Positions 1 through 12,111 of a stretch of 64,000 bases of DNA are shown piece by piece. The translations under genes and the position numbers were made by a program. The DNA comes from Hydractinia symbiolongicarpus (Eukaryota). Numbering within the stretch: position 1 is the first letter of the stretch; each line of letters opens with the position of its first letter. The notes beneath the pieces are model-generated. The model searched no databases, had not been told where the DNA came from, and was given only the letters and a program-made list of their open reading frames with translations. Location: NCBI RefSeq assembly GCF_029227915.1, contig NC_079887.1, positions 16,224,214-16,288,213 on the forward strand, read 5' to 3'.

Positions 1-1649
1 CCCATTGTTATACTTAATTATTATAGCATTGTGGGATCAACCAAAGAAAATAATATAAAATGTACAAAACAAGGCCAAGTTTCACCTGTTTCATACACAG
101 ATAGTTGTTGATGAAAACATAGAAAACACATCATAAAAATGTCACATCATAGCCTAAAAATTTCTGTATTTGGCTCTGAAAAGATGAAATGTTCTGTAGA
201 AGCAATCGAAACTATTATTCCTAATTGTGGTAAAAGAGTATCGAAAGCAGTTGGTGTCAGTTCATTTAAAAAATATAAATTTCAATGGCTTTTGTTATGG
301 TTAGCACTTTTAAACAATAGTTTGCATGTTGTGAGAAAAGAAGACTTCATCGCAAGCAAGCAAAAAAGCAATCAAGTTCATGTGTAAACAAAAGATATAT
401 ATGCAGAGGTTTTTTTAAGTAAGTATGAGGATGTTACAAGAGGCCTTAAAACTTGCACACATGTAAAGTTTCATTCAAAACCTAAGTGCTCTATTTAATT
501 TTTTAAGTTGTTTGGTATCTTATGTTAATATACATATATATATAAGTTATATTAACAAATTAAAGTGTTTTCCTATATTAACTCTAAAGGTGCATGGAAA
601 ATACTAATCTTGGCCAACTCACAGTCTAGTAACGAACTTAACGAATATAAATAGGCATATACATGTTAAACAACGTTTTCAATGAAAAATGTGACAATAA
701 CAGGCTGTCAGAAAAAAAATAATTCTCATTTACCAAATATTTGGATTTGCATGAAGCATTTTTTTTATCCAGTCAGCAAAACAAAAACACAGATGCGATG
801 TGTGATGAAAAAATTTGTCAGCACATTTTCAGAATAAAAGGCCTTGGAGTAAAACTGTTTTTTAGCTAGTATATCATATTTACCTTTTTCAATACGATAC
901 AGTGTAGTACTATAGTCTTTATCCTCTTCTAATTGCAAAGGTTGAATATTCTCCATCATACTGCTATTATAAAAAGCTTATGCTAAGATGGCTTTAGTAC
1001 TTGTGTGTAAGTGTAAGTTTATCTAAAAACAAATATATAGCTACAGTGCTAAAAAAAGCTATTTTAAACCTTAAAGTAATAACAGCAAAGACACATTTCT
1101 TCCAACATGTTCAGAATATACATAGCTACAAATTGTGGTCCACCTTGTTGACAAGTAAGTAAGTAATAATCTTATATTATGTCTTTAGAATAAATAAAAG
1201 TGAGTTAACTTACACAGATCATAATGCAATCACTATGATAATAGATTTGAAGGAAGCAAATAGAAACCAAATACCGCTAAACATATATTAAATATGAGTA
1301 TCAAAAGACAAGAAATGTACGAACAGTTAACCAACAATGGGAATTTATATGAAGTAGTACAAAACTCAAGTACCAATTTGAATGACAAATATGAAAATTG
1401 GGAGAAGTACATCTTAAGAATTGCCAATAAGGGTTTTCTACAATGTAAGATCAACCAATATACCAACAAATCAAAAAACCATATCCTCCTAATGAAATTG
1501 AAAAGAAAGCTTACAAAAGAGCTAAGAGACACAAAAAAACAAGACGAAAAAAACATACTAACATCACTTAAGGTAATAACGGAAATGATAGAAAAACAAC
1601 AGCAAATTCATAACACTAAAAAGAAGATTGAAATAACGTCAAAGATAAC

Positions 1650-4600
1650 TAAGTTTCGAGGAGTTAATAACCCTAAATTTGGAGCATTGTTACTTACTTA
1701 TGTTACTTTGTTTACTTTTGAAGTTGTAGCTTTAGGCCTGTCGTGGACGACCAACGTCAGTCACTTCTTCCTCTTCTTCTACTCCATCTCTAAAGAGAGG
1801 AGGATGAGGATTAGATCGAACTACAGTGACTATACTGTTTTCTGAGGCTTCATTAGTCCCGGGGATCGGAGGTTCATCTGGGAGAGTTTTGAGAAACTTG
1901 TCGAGGGCTGTTTTAAACTTTAAAACTGAACATGAAGTGATGCTTCTTAGAGACTTGGGCAGGGCGTTGAAGGTTCTTGGAGCTTGATAACAGAAGCTGT
2001 TGTGTAGTTTAGCAAAGCTTGTGGAATTGTTCAGCACCGATGTGAGTTGAAAGAGACGCTCTTTTCTTTGTGTTGCATGGGTTTGCATGGGTGGGTGAAG
2101 GTTTGGGACAATGCCTTCAGCTATTTTCCAACTGTATATGGCTTGATAGCGTTCACGTCGTTGTTGTAACAAGTACAATTTGAGCTGTTTAGGTGCGTTG
2201 TTGTAAGTCATTCTGTGTATAAAGTTGATCTTTTTCAGGTAGCTCCATTGCAGAGCTTCTAGTACCTTGATTTGTCCTTTACTAGGAGACCAGAGTTGAG
2301 AGGAGTACTCGAGTCTAGGGATGACAAGGGATTTCCATAGCGGTAGGAGAACTTTTGGTGATCGCGATTGAAAGACTTGAAGAATCCAGCTTGTAAGTTG
2401 TTTTGTATTTTCTACGATTTTCTTTATATGCGATTTGAAGGTAGCATCATCTGTCATTAGTATTCCAAGATCTTTGGTTTGTGTTTTTGGTTGGATTGTG
2501 TTGATGCTGTTGTTTTGTACTTTGACTTTGACTTCAGATCTAGGTCTTTTCCGTACTGCAGGAGTTCAAACTTTGTATTGTTGAACATCATGTTTGCTCC
2601 ATTCGTAGATTGAGTTTAGGTCTGCTTGCATTTTTTCAATGTCGCTTTCAGAGCTAACCTTCATTGTAAGTCTTGTATCATCTGCAAACCTTGAGAGTGA
2701 TGTGTCCTTTACAGAAAGATCAATATCCCCCATAAGGATCAGGAAGATGAGCGGTCCAAGCACACTTCCTTGTGGTACACCAGAGATGACTTTTGTGGTG
2801 CGTGAGTGGTGACTGTTTACTGAGACGTACTGGGTTCTGCTTTTTAGGAAGGACTTCAGCCATTTGAGTGGTTTGCCTTTGATACCTAAGTTTTCTATCT
2901 TTTAAAGGGCTATGTCTATATCGACCTTGTCAAATGCTTTTGCGAAATCCAGGTATACAACATCAGCGTTTGAGTCGTTGCAGAGTGTTTGTAGAATATT
3001 GTCGAAATGGTCAAGAAGCTGGCTCAGACATGACTGTCCACCAGGAAAACTATGTTGGGAGCTGTTGAACAGGTTATTTTCTTCCATGAATGACACAATT
3101 TGATTTTGGACGACCTTTTCAAAGACCTTTATGATGTGGGAAGTTAGAGCAATTGGGCGGTAGTTTTCAGCTTTAGTTTTGCTTCCACTCTTGTGTTTTG
3201 GGGTTATTATAGCACTAGTTAGTGTGTCTGGAATTGTTCCTTCTTCAAATGGCTTTCTCTTCTTGCATGATGGTTAAATTTCTATATGAGAGTTGTAGTG
3301 ATTTTTCAATCTGAATGAGTTCTTCCTGGAGCCTATCAGTACGTGATGGCGATGTAACACGTACTAGTTGTTTGTTTATCCTGGTTCGTCTTCTCATGAG
3401 TGCCATTCTCTCTCTTGGAATTTTATTTCTGTTGGTTTGTTCTATCTTTCTTGATGGAACATGTGTTTCTGATGCCTTGGTGCAGATGTTGTAACATTTC
3501 TTTAGCATGTCTGGTACATCAAGACCTTGGAATTCCTGCTCCCAGTTGACTGTATGGAGGTTTTCCGTTATGCAAGTCCAGTTTACACTTTCACTCTGGT
3601 AATTTAGAAGATCGAAAGGGGATGATATATCTAGGAAGCAGTGGTGTGATATTGATCTGAGCATAGGTATAAATGAGATATCGTGAATGATGTTGGTGTT
3701 GTTGATGAATACAAGGTCAAGTATGTTTCCAGCTATATGTGTAGGTTTGCAGATGATTTGGGTGAGACTGAGTTCAAGTAGTAGGTTGTTTGTGATGGTG
3801 ATCATTTCTTTTTGTGGCGCTGTAGATTAGTGGTTATAGCTCTCGTACTCTGTGCGGGAGACCGGGGTTCGATTCCTCTTGACGGCGATTCAACATGGGC
3901 GAGTGAATGTTACCATAGCCCCGGGTTAACCCAAGCCATGTGAGGGAAATTGGGAAGATGGCACACTGTGTGGGCCGTTGGATGTTGCCGGGAGTTGTCT
4001 AGTAGAGCGCGGGCTCTAATTGGGTCTTCGTAGCTCAAAATGAGCATTAAATACTCTAGGACTCTCCATCTACGCCATGGCCCCTCCTGGAAATAATAGA
4101 CAGGGTATATCCCTCGATATTAGTGAGGCTAGCCATGTAAAATATGCACATCTATCTATCATCTCTCTGCTACTATTTTGGTTTGGGGTGCAATCCGGCC
4201 AGTTGGTGTGAGGTAGGTTGAAGTCACCCATTATGAATATGTCTGGAGATAGGGAGATGTTCAGTACTTGATGTAGCTCATTTATTGCTTGTGAGTAGTT
4301 TTCTGATGTTGATCTGTTGTTTTGGTGGTCATCTGGTTGGCGGTATATAGTAGCTAGGGCCAAGTTCTTATGCTCTGAGAAGATGACAATGATCTGTATT
4401 GCATTGTCTGAGTAGTTTAGGACTGGTTTGAAGGTGGCTGCTAGGTCGTTTTGAACATACATGGCTACACCACCTGAGTACTGTCCATGTTGGGATGTCT
4501 TTCTACGAGTGCTATCTGTTCGAAAGATTTTGTAACCGTTTATGTGTAGTTCCGCATCCGTATGGTTGTGTAACCAGGTTTCTGTAAGACCAATAAAGAG

Positions 4601-4699
4601 TTGCTTCTTGGTATGAAGTATGTCAGAGATATATGAAACTTTAGATCGAACAGTTTTTGGTTTCAGTTGTGAAAAATAAGAATAACAACAAGAAGACAA
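1650..4699 (-). mobile_element. Degenerate non-LTR retrotransposon (LINE; CR1/jockey/RTE-like ORF2: APE endonuclease, linker, RT), 5' end near 4700
   Basis: Minus-strand ORFs: EN 'LFIGLTETWLHN..IFIMGDFNLPHTNW' (4070-4699), EN end and linker 'PTHIAGNILDLVF..ISHHCFL' (3245-3805), RT fragments with 'FADDT' (2566-2763, 2902-3096), RT thumb and C-terminus (1732-2457). Frameshifts present. EN interrupted by a SINE. Confidence 0.7.
3826..4165 (+). mobile_element. tRNA-derived SINE copy nested inside the LINE endonuclease region
   Basis: tRNA-like head 'GGCGCTGTAGATTAGTGGTTATAGCTC..GGGTTCGATTCC', then a body shared with the inverted copy at 63440-63686 ('..ACCATAGCCCCG..TGAGGCTAGCCATGTAAAATAT..'). 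Confidence 0.6.
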
Positions 4700-4953
4700 A
4701 AGTTGCTATGCGAGACAGTAATGGAAATATTCAAGATGATTTCAATAAAATCTAACAGATATATAAGGATTGGTTTAAAGAGCTCCTAGAAACACCTAAT
4801 CCTCAGACTCTTACACAAGAAGAACAGGAGAAATTAGTTGGACACACAATAGAAAATATGAAGCACAAATAACAAAAGCTTCTACTATTAATCGTAAAGA
4901 ATTAGATAAGGCAATACGATCTTTGAAAACGAGAAATCAGAAGACATATAGTA
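4700..4953 (+). mobile_element. LINE ORF2 fragment (EN-RT linker / RT N-terminus), plus strand, truncated by a MITE insertion
   Basis: '..KDWFKELLETPNPQ..ELDKAIRSLKTRNQ', typical of the segment just before the RT 'APGPDGI' motif. Breaks at the TA of the MITE B1 insertion. Confidence 0.45.
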
Positions 4954-5440
4954 CAGTCTGAATGTAATCTACCGCGTACAGGCTAATATCACACCTTTGC
5001 GTGGAGGACGGTAGTTGTTTGTCTTTTGTTATAATTAAATCCCTTAAGGGTTTTGCGAGTTTATATTTGCGTGTTAAAAAACAATGCGCTCGCGAAAAAA
5101 TATCGGAGCAATTATATTTGTTGTGATAGCGAGATGCATTGTATTGATATGCTATTCCTTTAAGTATTAGCGTGAAGTAATTAAATAATAAATATCTTTC
5201 GCAAAGTTTTAAAATACATTGCGCGAGAATGTATTGTTGATTTAATTACTTAAAAAAATTCAATTTTTAATTTAAGAAACATACGAGAAGACTTGTTTAC
5301 AACTATTAAATGCCACTTTTCGTTTTTAAACTTTTAAAATGCGATTTGAAAAAACATCGAATAATATGAAGCAGCTTGAATTAATGCAAAAAGAAATACT
5401 ATTCAGATTGTACAAAAAACTTCACCATATCTAGGTTTAC
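4954..5440 (+). mobile_element. Tc1/mariner-like MITE family B, copy 1, 3'-truncated
   Basis: 5' TIR 'CAGTCTGAATGTAATCTACCGCGTACA' after TA. About 400 bp of body match copy 2 at 28212-29211, including one unit of the 60-bp 'cgcttttcgtttataaacttttaaaatgcgatct' repeat. Confidence 0.6.
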
Positions 5441-5454
5441 TACATGAAATTGGG

Positions 5455-6100
5455 ATGTGGACTATTGAAAGTTATGTATCATACAAGAAGCTTTTATTTT
5501 TACACACGCTACTATCATCAGACGATAGCAGAATAGCCAAACAGATTTTAATGCAACAAATTGACAGAGAAACACCGAATTGCTGGTTCTCTGAAATGAA
5601 AACAACAATAGGACAAGATAATATGGACATCACAATCCCACAAATTACAACAATGTCAAAGCACGAGTGGAAAAATAACATACTAAGATGAGATTTATAC
5701 AACCGCACGAAATGAAAGCAATGAAGTACGTAAATTGAAAGCTGAAAACGTCATCGGTATAATAAGACTAAATATGATAGATGTAAAAAATAATTTTAAA
5801 GGAACTAATGAAGATAGGACATGCCCACTATGTCGCAAAGCAGAGGAAACCACGGAACATATGTTTTCTTGCGAAAAATCTACAGAAATTCTACAAAGAA
5901 ATTATGAAAATATAGACGATCTATTAAAAAAAAAGACGATTCCGCAATTCTAGAAGAACTTTTCAAATACTCCAAAGAATTAATACAACTTAGAAAAGGC
6001 GAACAATAATAGTATATTAAAGAAACGGAACTTGCAAAAAATATAAAAGTAAAAAATTTTGTAATTTTTTGCCCAGAGTGGTTCAACTTAATAAATAAAT
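5455..6100 (+). mobile_element. LINE 3' end: ORF2 C-terminal tail with CCHC zinc knuckle, and 3'UTR
   Basis: 'RIAKQILMQQIDRETPNCW' (CR1/L2-like tail) and 'CPLCRKAEETTEHMFSCEKS'. Confidence 0.55.
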
Positions 6101-7082
6101 AATATATAGTTAGCTACTAAACATATTGTCATATCGTGAGAATAGATAGATCCTGATTTTTTCCAAAACAAAGTTTAGCTATCTAGCTAGTTTGTTTTGG
6201 TTGCAGTCCCTCCCTTATGCTGGCTGTGTCAAACATATCGAAACAGATTTGATGTGCACTTCGCGCTTTCGATATCCTTGTTTACTTAGTTCAGTGTATG
6301 TTATGGACATGGAATGTTGTAAGTTTTGGAATTGTCGATGCTTGAAGGAGTACAATTTAGTGTTAACTATTTTAGCAATATCCTATTTTTATAATTTGAA
6401 GAAAAAGAAAAAATTCAGCAGAAACTAAAAAAAAAAATTTTAATGATACTTTAAATTTCTTTATTTTAAAAGACATTCTTACTTTTTTCATAAGGAAAGA
6501 AAAATATTATAAACCCCCGTAAATTTGAAGGAGACTTGCGCAATAGAGATCTTTGTCCCAAAACTTCCACACAAAATTTAAATGGCGGCGAATTCTTATT
6601 TCACTGGTGTGGAAACCAGCATCTTTTGATCCAAGAAAAAAGAGCAGTTTTGAAACGAAAATGTTTGGCTGTCGATAACTGAAATGTTCCTCAGGTGTGT
6701 CTTATTTCGATTTTAATAAGATTTTAATTCGATGTTTTTTATTTTTTCTAAATTGAGCGTTTAAAGTTGGCCTGATTTATGAATAACATTTACCGCCAAT
6801 AAATTTTATTGGCTGACGGAATTAAATTGAATTTGTAAACATTACAGTCAGGAAATTTCTCCAACAGGTTTAATTTTTATATCACCATGATACTTCCAAA
6901 AATTAATACACTAATGAGTATTTTGATGTCAATGGGGCAAAAATATAACACCTTGTATGATTTTGTTATGCCATTTAACAAGCCGCAAAAGCACCCATGA
7001 GTAAAATACGGAGACGCAAACTTAGTGTGAAGTCGTATCGATGATTATTGAGGATATTATTTCGGTTTGTCTGTTCAGTATT

Positions 7083-7378
7083 CATATTACTGTGGAAAGT
7101 TTATCATTTCTTGAACATGATAGTTTAGTAGGCGACGAGCTAATAATTACAGTTAATTACGGTAATTAACATTTTCGGACCTAGATGTAAGTAACTACTT
7201 CTTCTGTAATTATCAGCTCGTTTCTGATTGGTTAATTTTTATGAATTTCGATCCTCTGCAATTATATAAATACATGCTCAACATCATTTTACTTTGCCCG
7301 ATGATGGGAGAAGGATCTCCCGAAACGTCGCCTACTAAACTATCATGTTCAAGAAATGATAAACTTTTCACAGTAATC
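7083..7378. repeat. Approximately 300-bp hairpin element (MITE-like) with 60-bp inverted arms
   Basis: 7083-7142 'tattactgtggaaagtttatcatttcttgaacatgatagtttagtaggcgacgagc' is the reverse complement of 7318-7378. Confidence 0.6.
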
Positions 7379-7680
7379 GTATAGATGACTTGCTATAAGC
7401 TTTATTTAATTTTTTTTCGGCAGGTAAATACTTTTTTTTTAACCAATTAGATCTTCTAAAAAGAATTATTAGCCAATTAAATTGCTTTATTTTGCCTGCT
7501 TAAACTCACACAGTAAAAACGCAAATATGCAGTAAACAGTTCTATTAGCAAGAATACTAAAAACAACAACAAATAAATACAAAGAGCAGCGAGCATACAC
7601 AAAAACAACTAAATATATACAACGATAAATGAGTGAGCATACTACTATATAAAGACAAAGTAGCTAATATAAAGCTGAGT

Positions 7681-8698
7681 CTATATTACAAATATATACA
7701 TAGTAGGTATTGCGAATATTTGAATCCAAATGTATGTTGTCGAAATGAGTGAGTCCCATATAGGTGGGCAGGAACCCCAAGCTCTATAGGCTGGTACATC
7801 AGGCGTGAGAGAAAACGTGTGAGCGACAGCAGCAGCTGGGCACAAAGGTGACAATGGATTAGCCACCAACGGAACAGTAATAGTACGCTGTCCCAACTGG
7901 ATGGTTTACTCCAGCGAGCTAGTATCAACAACTGTGAATGGGATAAAAGAAAATCAGACCTAGTAAAGTTGATGCGAGCATTGAAGGCAGCTGACGATGT
8001 AGGTAGCAGGTGAGACTTGCGAAATAGGCCAAAAAAGGATACAAGGCAAAAAGCCTAAAAAGAGGCATGCTTACTGGAATTGAGATTTAAACGAGACCGT
8101 ATACCAAGAAGCAAATTTATGGTAATAGGAAGACGGGGCTGTGGTGGAACACCAAGCATCCGCTTCATACCAGTCAGAACCCAGAAAGGACCCAGTTATC
8201 AGAGAGTGGATTATGGAACCCCATCTCCCGGTGCAGAAGTCCAACAAAATTGAGGTACACACAAACTGACTGCGGAAGGAGAAAGCGGGCAAGGTAGGCA
8301 GCGTACATACAGAGACTTGATGTATTAGCAGGAACAATTGGGAGGTGCATGAGTTTACAAAATTTATAATATGCAGAGCGATGAGTGTGGTAGCTCTTTT
8401 TTGTGATAGCAGAGTAGGTGGCTTCACGAAAAAACAAAACATCAGAGAGCAGGCCATGTTTGAAAGAGGCGAGATCTAGAACAAAAATAAAAGACGTCCT
8501 AACGTGCCAACTATATATACTTGAGGCAAGGGATTCTGGGAGAAACCTTCTAGAAGGAGTAGGGCTGACCCACATGGAGTGGAGTACTAGGATACTCAAT
8601 GGGGGTATGTACATACTGTGGAATTTAAACACTGATAAAAAAGATTTATCAGTCACCAAAAAAATAAAAACAAAAAATTTATTAAGATAGCAAGTCAT
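7681..8698 (-). mobile_element. Tyrosine-recombinase (Crypton/DIRS-like) N-terminal SAM-like domain fragment
   Basis: Minus ORF 'LCMYAAYLARFLLPQSVCVYLNFVGLLHREMGFHNPLSDNWVL' resembles the core-binding N-domain of YR integrases ('F.AYLA..LS..SV..YL.AV..LH...G..NPL'). No catalytic domain seen. Confidence 0.35.
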
Positions 8699-9289
8699 CT
8701 ATATGTTTGCCAACATATAGATGACTTGCAACAACACACGATTAAATTTGTACGTTGTGCGTAGTAACACCACCTGCCTTATCCACCCCTCTGAAGACCC
8801 TTAAAGGCGCGTAATCACCCTGTGGGCAAATTTTTTAAAGTTGCTTATTTTATTGCTTTTATTACATAAGAAAACATTATCCTGAAAATTTCATTGAAAA
8901 CTGACACCAGAACATGTTAATGTTTCATAGAAATAACAAACTCACCCCAATTTCTCTTCGCCTACAGAACCGCCATTGCATTTTATTGCACGAATCATGC
9001 GATAATAAATGCACGGCAAAATCGATCACATGGTTGCTGGATTCATGTCATAATGAAAAAAATAATGAATGAGGGAGAGCATCTGGAGCTGTGTTTCCAT
9101 TGTAATGTTTTTATAAATGTATCAACAAAGTTCCGAACATGATAAATCTGATAAATTAATCGAAGTTTCTGTGTTATTCTTTATTATTTAAGGCTACTGT
9201 AAAGGAAACAAATTTTTTTTTAGGTTTTTTGCAAAAAATTCATGACATTAGAAAAAAATATTCCCTTTCGAATGACATACAGTACAGTC

Positions 9290-10288
9290 CAGATGTAAGC
9301 GTACGCGTACGCTCAAGTTTCACACCTTTTTCTCGGAGGCGGTAGTTGTTTGTCTTTTGTTCTTATTAATTATCTTGTGAGTCTTGTAAGTTATTAACTT
9401 GCGCGTAATAAACAAAAGATTATCGAAGAAAAAATAGCTTATTTTAACTGCGCGTAACTATTGTTAAATAGTGTTAACATAACTATTCCCAATAGCATAA
9501 TTGCAAATGTTATCAACTCCATCAATGTGACACGAAGAGCCATTGTTTAATATTTTTATTAAACAAAAGTTTTGTGTGGAACTAAATAAACTAGCGAGAA
9601 GGCATTGTTGGTTGCGCGGGTTAAATAAAGCTTTTAAGCGATAGAAATTATTATATTTTAACAAAGATTGAAACTTTAACAGCTCTATCTTTTAAGAGAT
9701 AGAGCTGTTGCGCTGAAAAAAACAAATACAATGTTTTTAACAATAAAATGTAGCGTGATACTATAAAACGTCAAAGGTTATATTTTTAGATTTTTTCTTT
9801 CTTCGGTATTAAAATTTATTTTGTTTTCGAAATCTTATCGCGAAGGGAAAAGTCCCGAACGTAGGGTTTTTCCGTTTGCGTTGCTAAACGAAATAACTTT
9901 TAAAAGTTTCGCATGTTAAAAAATATATTTCGACGATAAAGAAATATTACTAAAAGTTTTAAAAGTAGCATTAGTTTTTTTAAAATATTTAGATCATTGG
10001 ATTTGTTGTTTTTTAAAAGAGCTTGTGTTTTTTAAATATATCAGATTAAAATCGCTATAATTAGTTTCGTTGTTAAAAAAATTTAAAGTTCAATGGCCTT
10101 CGCGTTTAATTTATTCTCGCGCAGAGTATTGTTTTTAAACAATGTTTCTTGCTATTCCTTTGTTTTTAACACGAAGCAATTATTTTCGCGCAATTTGAAA
10201 GGAACTCGCTATCCTATTGTTTTTTTTAATGAAAGCAATTATTTTTGCAAGTTGAGCGTATGCGTACGCTTACATCTGGACCGTACTG
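9290..10288 (+). mobile_element. Tc1/mariner-like MITE family A, copy 1 (999 bp, non-autonomous, uninterrupted)
   Basis: TA|CAGTACAGTCCAGATGTAAGCGTACGCGTACGC ... GCGTACGCTTACATCTGGACCGTACTG|TA. 35-bp TIRs, TA TSD. Collinear with the outer part of 15815-19018. Confidence 0.8.
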
Positions 10289-12111
10289 TATTTTATATTC
10301 CATGAAAATATTTGGAACATCCCTTTTTTCCGGAAAAAAGCCTTTTCAGAGGTATTTTATCCTTCACACCTTCGAGAAAATATGTGCAAAATGAGTTGAG
10401 CATATTTTTTGTAAACATACATGACATAAGACTACCGTATAAATATATGCATAATAATATTTTTTAGATAGTTTACTTTCGCCATCGATATATATAAATG
10501 TTGTCGTATAAAAATCATTAAAAAAAATCAAAGTTAAGGAGTATGCATATAAGCTTTCTCTTGTAACCCTGACTTCTGTCACACATATTTACATATTCAC
10601 ATAAAGAAAAAGTTCACACTTCCATCTTCTTTCTGCATACTCAGTTCACACATTTTCATAACACCTACAAAAATCTTGTTAGTAAATTTTTGCATACATG
10701 CCTTTACGTTTGTGGTCTCTTTTTCCGAAAGCTTCCCATTGGCTCATTGAAATTTTCGGTAATGGAAAGCTGAATAAATTATGCACAAAAGGTTCCCGGA
10801 TTTTTTTGTATAAATTACTGATTAGCGAATTATGACGATAGAAAGAAAATAATATGCATTTTTTTGAATGATTATATGTAATTACAAATAATTTCATAAC
10901 AACACAAAAAAAAAACGGGAACCTTTTTTAATTTAATATATGGTGAATAAAATGGTGCAAAAAGGAGAAGTCTGGGACCACGCGTTCGGAAAAAGAAGCC
11001 ATTTTAAGACGTACAGTGAAAAAAAATGGTGTGTGCTTAATTCATTATATTTTAATTTTGGAAAATTAACATCTCACGAAAATAACACCATCAAAAAAGT
11101 ATTTCATCAAACATTCAGAAACAAAAAAGAATTTAAAAAAATATAAAAGTATTGATAAATTATAAGGGTTTTTCTGAGACTATTCATTAAGTGAGTTTTT
11201 TCCTTTACAGTAACCTTAAACGTTTTAACTTTGCTGACGGACTCATAGCATGGGATCTGGATGTCGGGCTTATAAGGGCTTATATAAGCTTACCCACAAA
11301 ATTTGATTGCAAACCAAGTTGCAGATCCCAAGTTATTGAGTCGTCAGCAAAAAATAATAGGCCTGAGACGAGCAACAAGTGTCATTTTGGCAAGAAAATT
11401 TACCTTTATCAATTATCAATTAACCTTTATAATATCTATGCATTGATAAAGTTTGAATGCACACCCCTTAACGGGTCTAAAATTACTGATGAAAGAAAAT
11501 GTCCAAATTTGCTATTACTGAAATATGACATCAAAATTCATGCAGCATAATTAAATCTGAAATTCTTGAAATGTGAATATCTTGAGAACGAAAAGAGCTT
11601 TTTAAAAAATTTAAAAAGACTTGTTAGCTAACTTTTTAAGCTCTGTAATATAAGTCCAACATCATTTTATACCTCGGGTTACCTTTAAGTGGTGAAAAAA
11701 TGCTACAAGTTTCCCTTGATGAACCAAATCAAATCATTTTGTCAATGGGCAACGAAGAGTGCAAAAACAATGAATAAGGTGTGCTAGTTTTCTTGGTACC
11801 TGTGGTTTACATACAATTAACGGATCTTTGCAAACTGGTGCAAAAGCTACTTACCGGAACTTAAAAAAGTCGATGTCATCAATGTTCCAAATTTTCCATG
11901 AAATTCCCTCAAGAGCAAGAGATTATGAAAAAATAGCTGAAGCAAGAAGATCAGATATTCCCTACATGTTTTGTGGAACTCGTTGGGCTGAGAATCAAAC
12001 GGTAGCAAAGAAATCAAGGGATGTTTGGTCAAAAGTGGTAATTGTGATTGGCTACCAAAGAGTAAACAACCCAGTGGGGGAAAGCCAGGCCAAAACAAAT
12101 AATAATTACAG

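Noticed and set aside
139-1845. Small ORFs in the first 1.8 kb (139-387, 1294-1845, 1233-1556)
   Set aside because: AT-rich, K/N/I-rich, mutually overlapping, and no recognisable domains. Chance ORFs, or the unrecognised 3' end of the LINE.
1650-6100. LINE twin-priming (5' inversion) interpretation of the head-to-head LINE fragments at 4700
   Set aside because: The inverted segment spans EN through RT and overlaps in element coordinates with the direct segment, which is not the twin-priming geometry. Two independent copies are more parsimonious.
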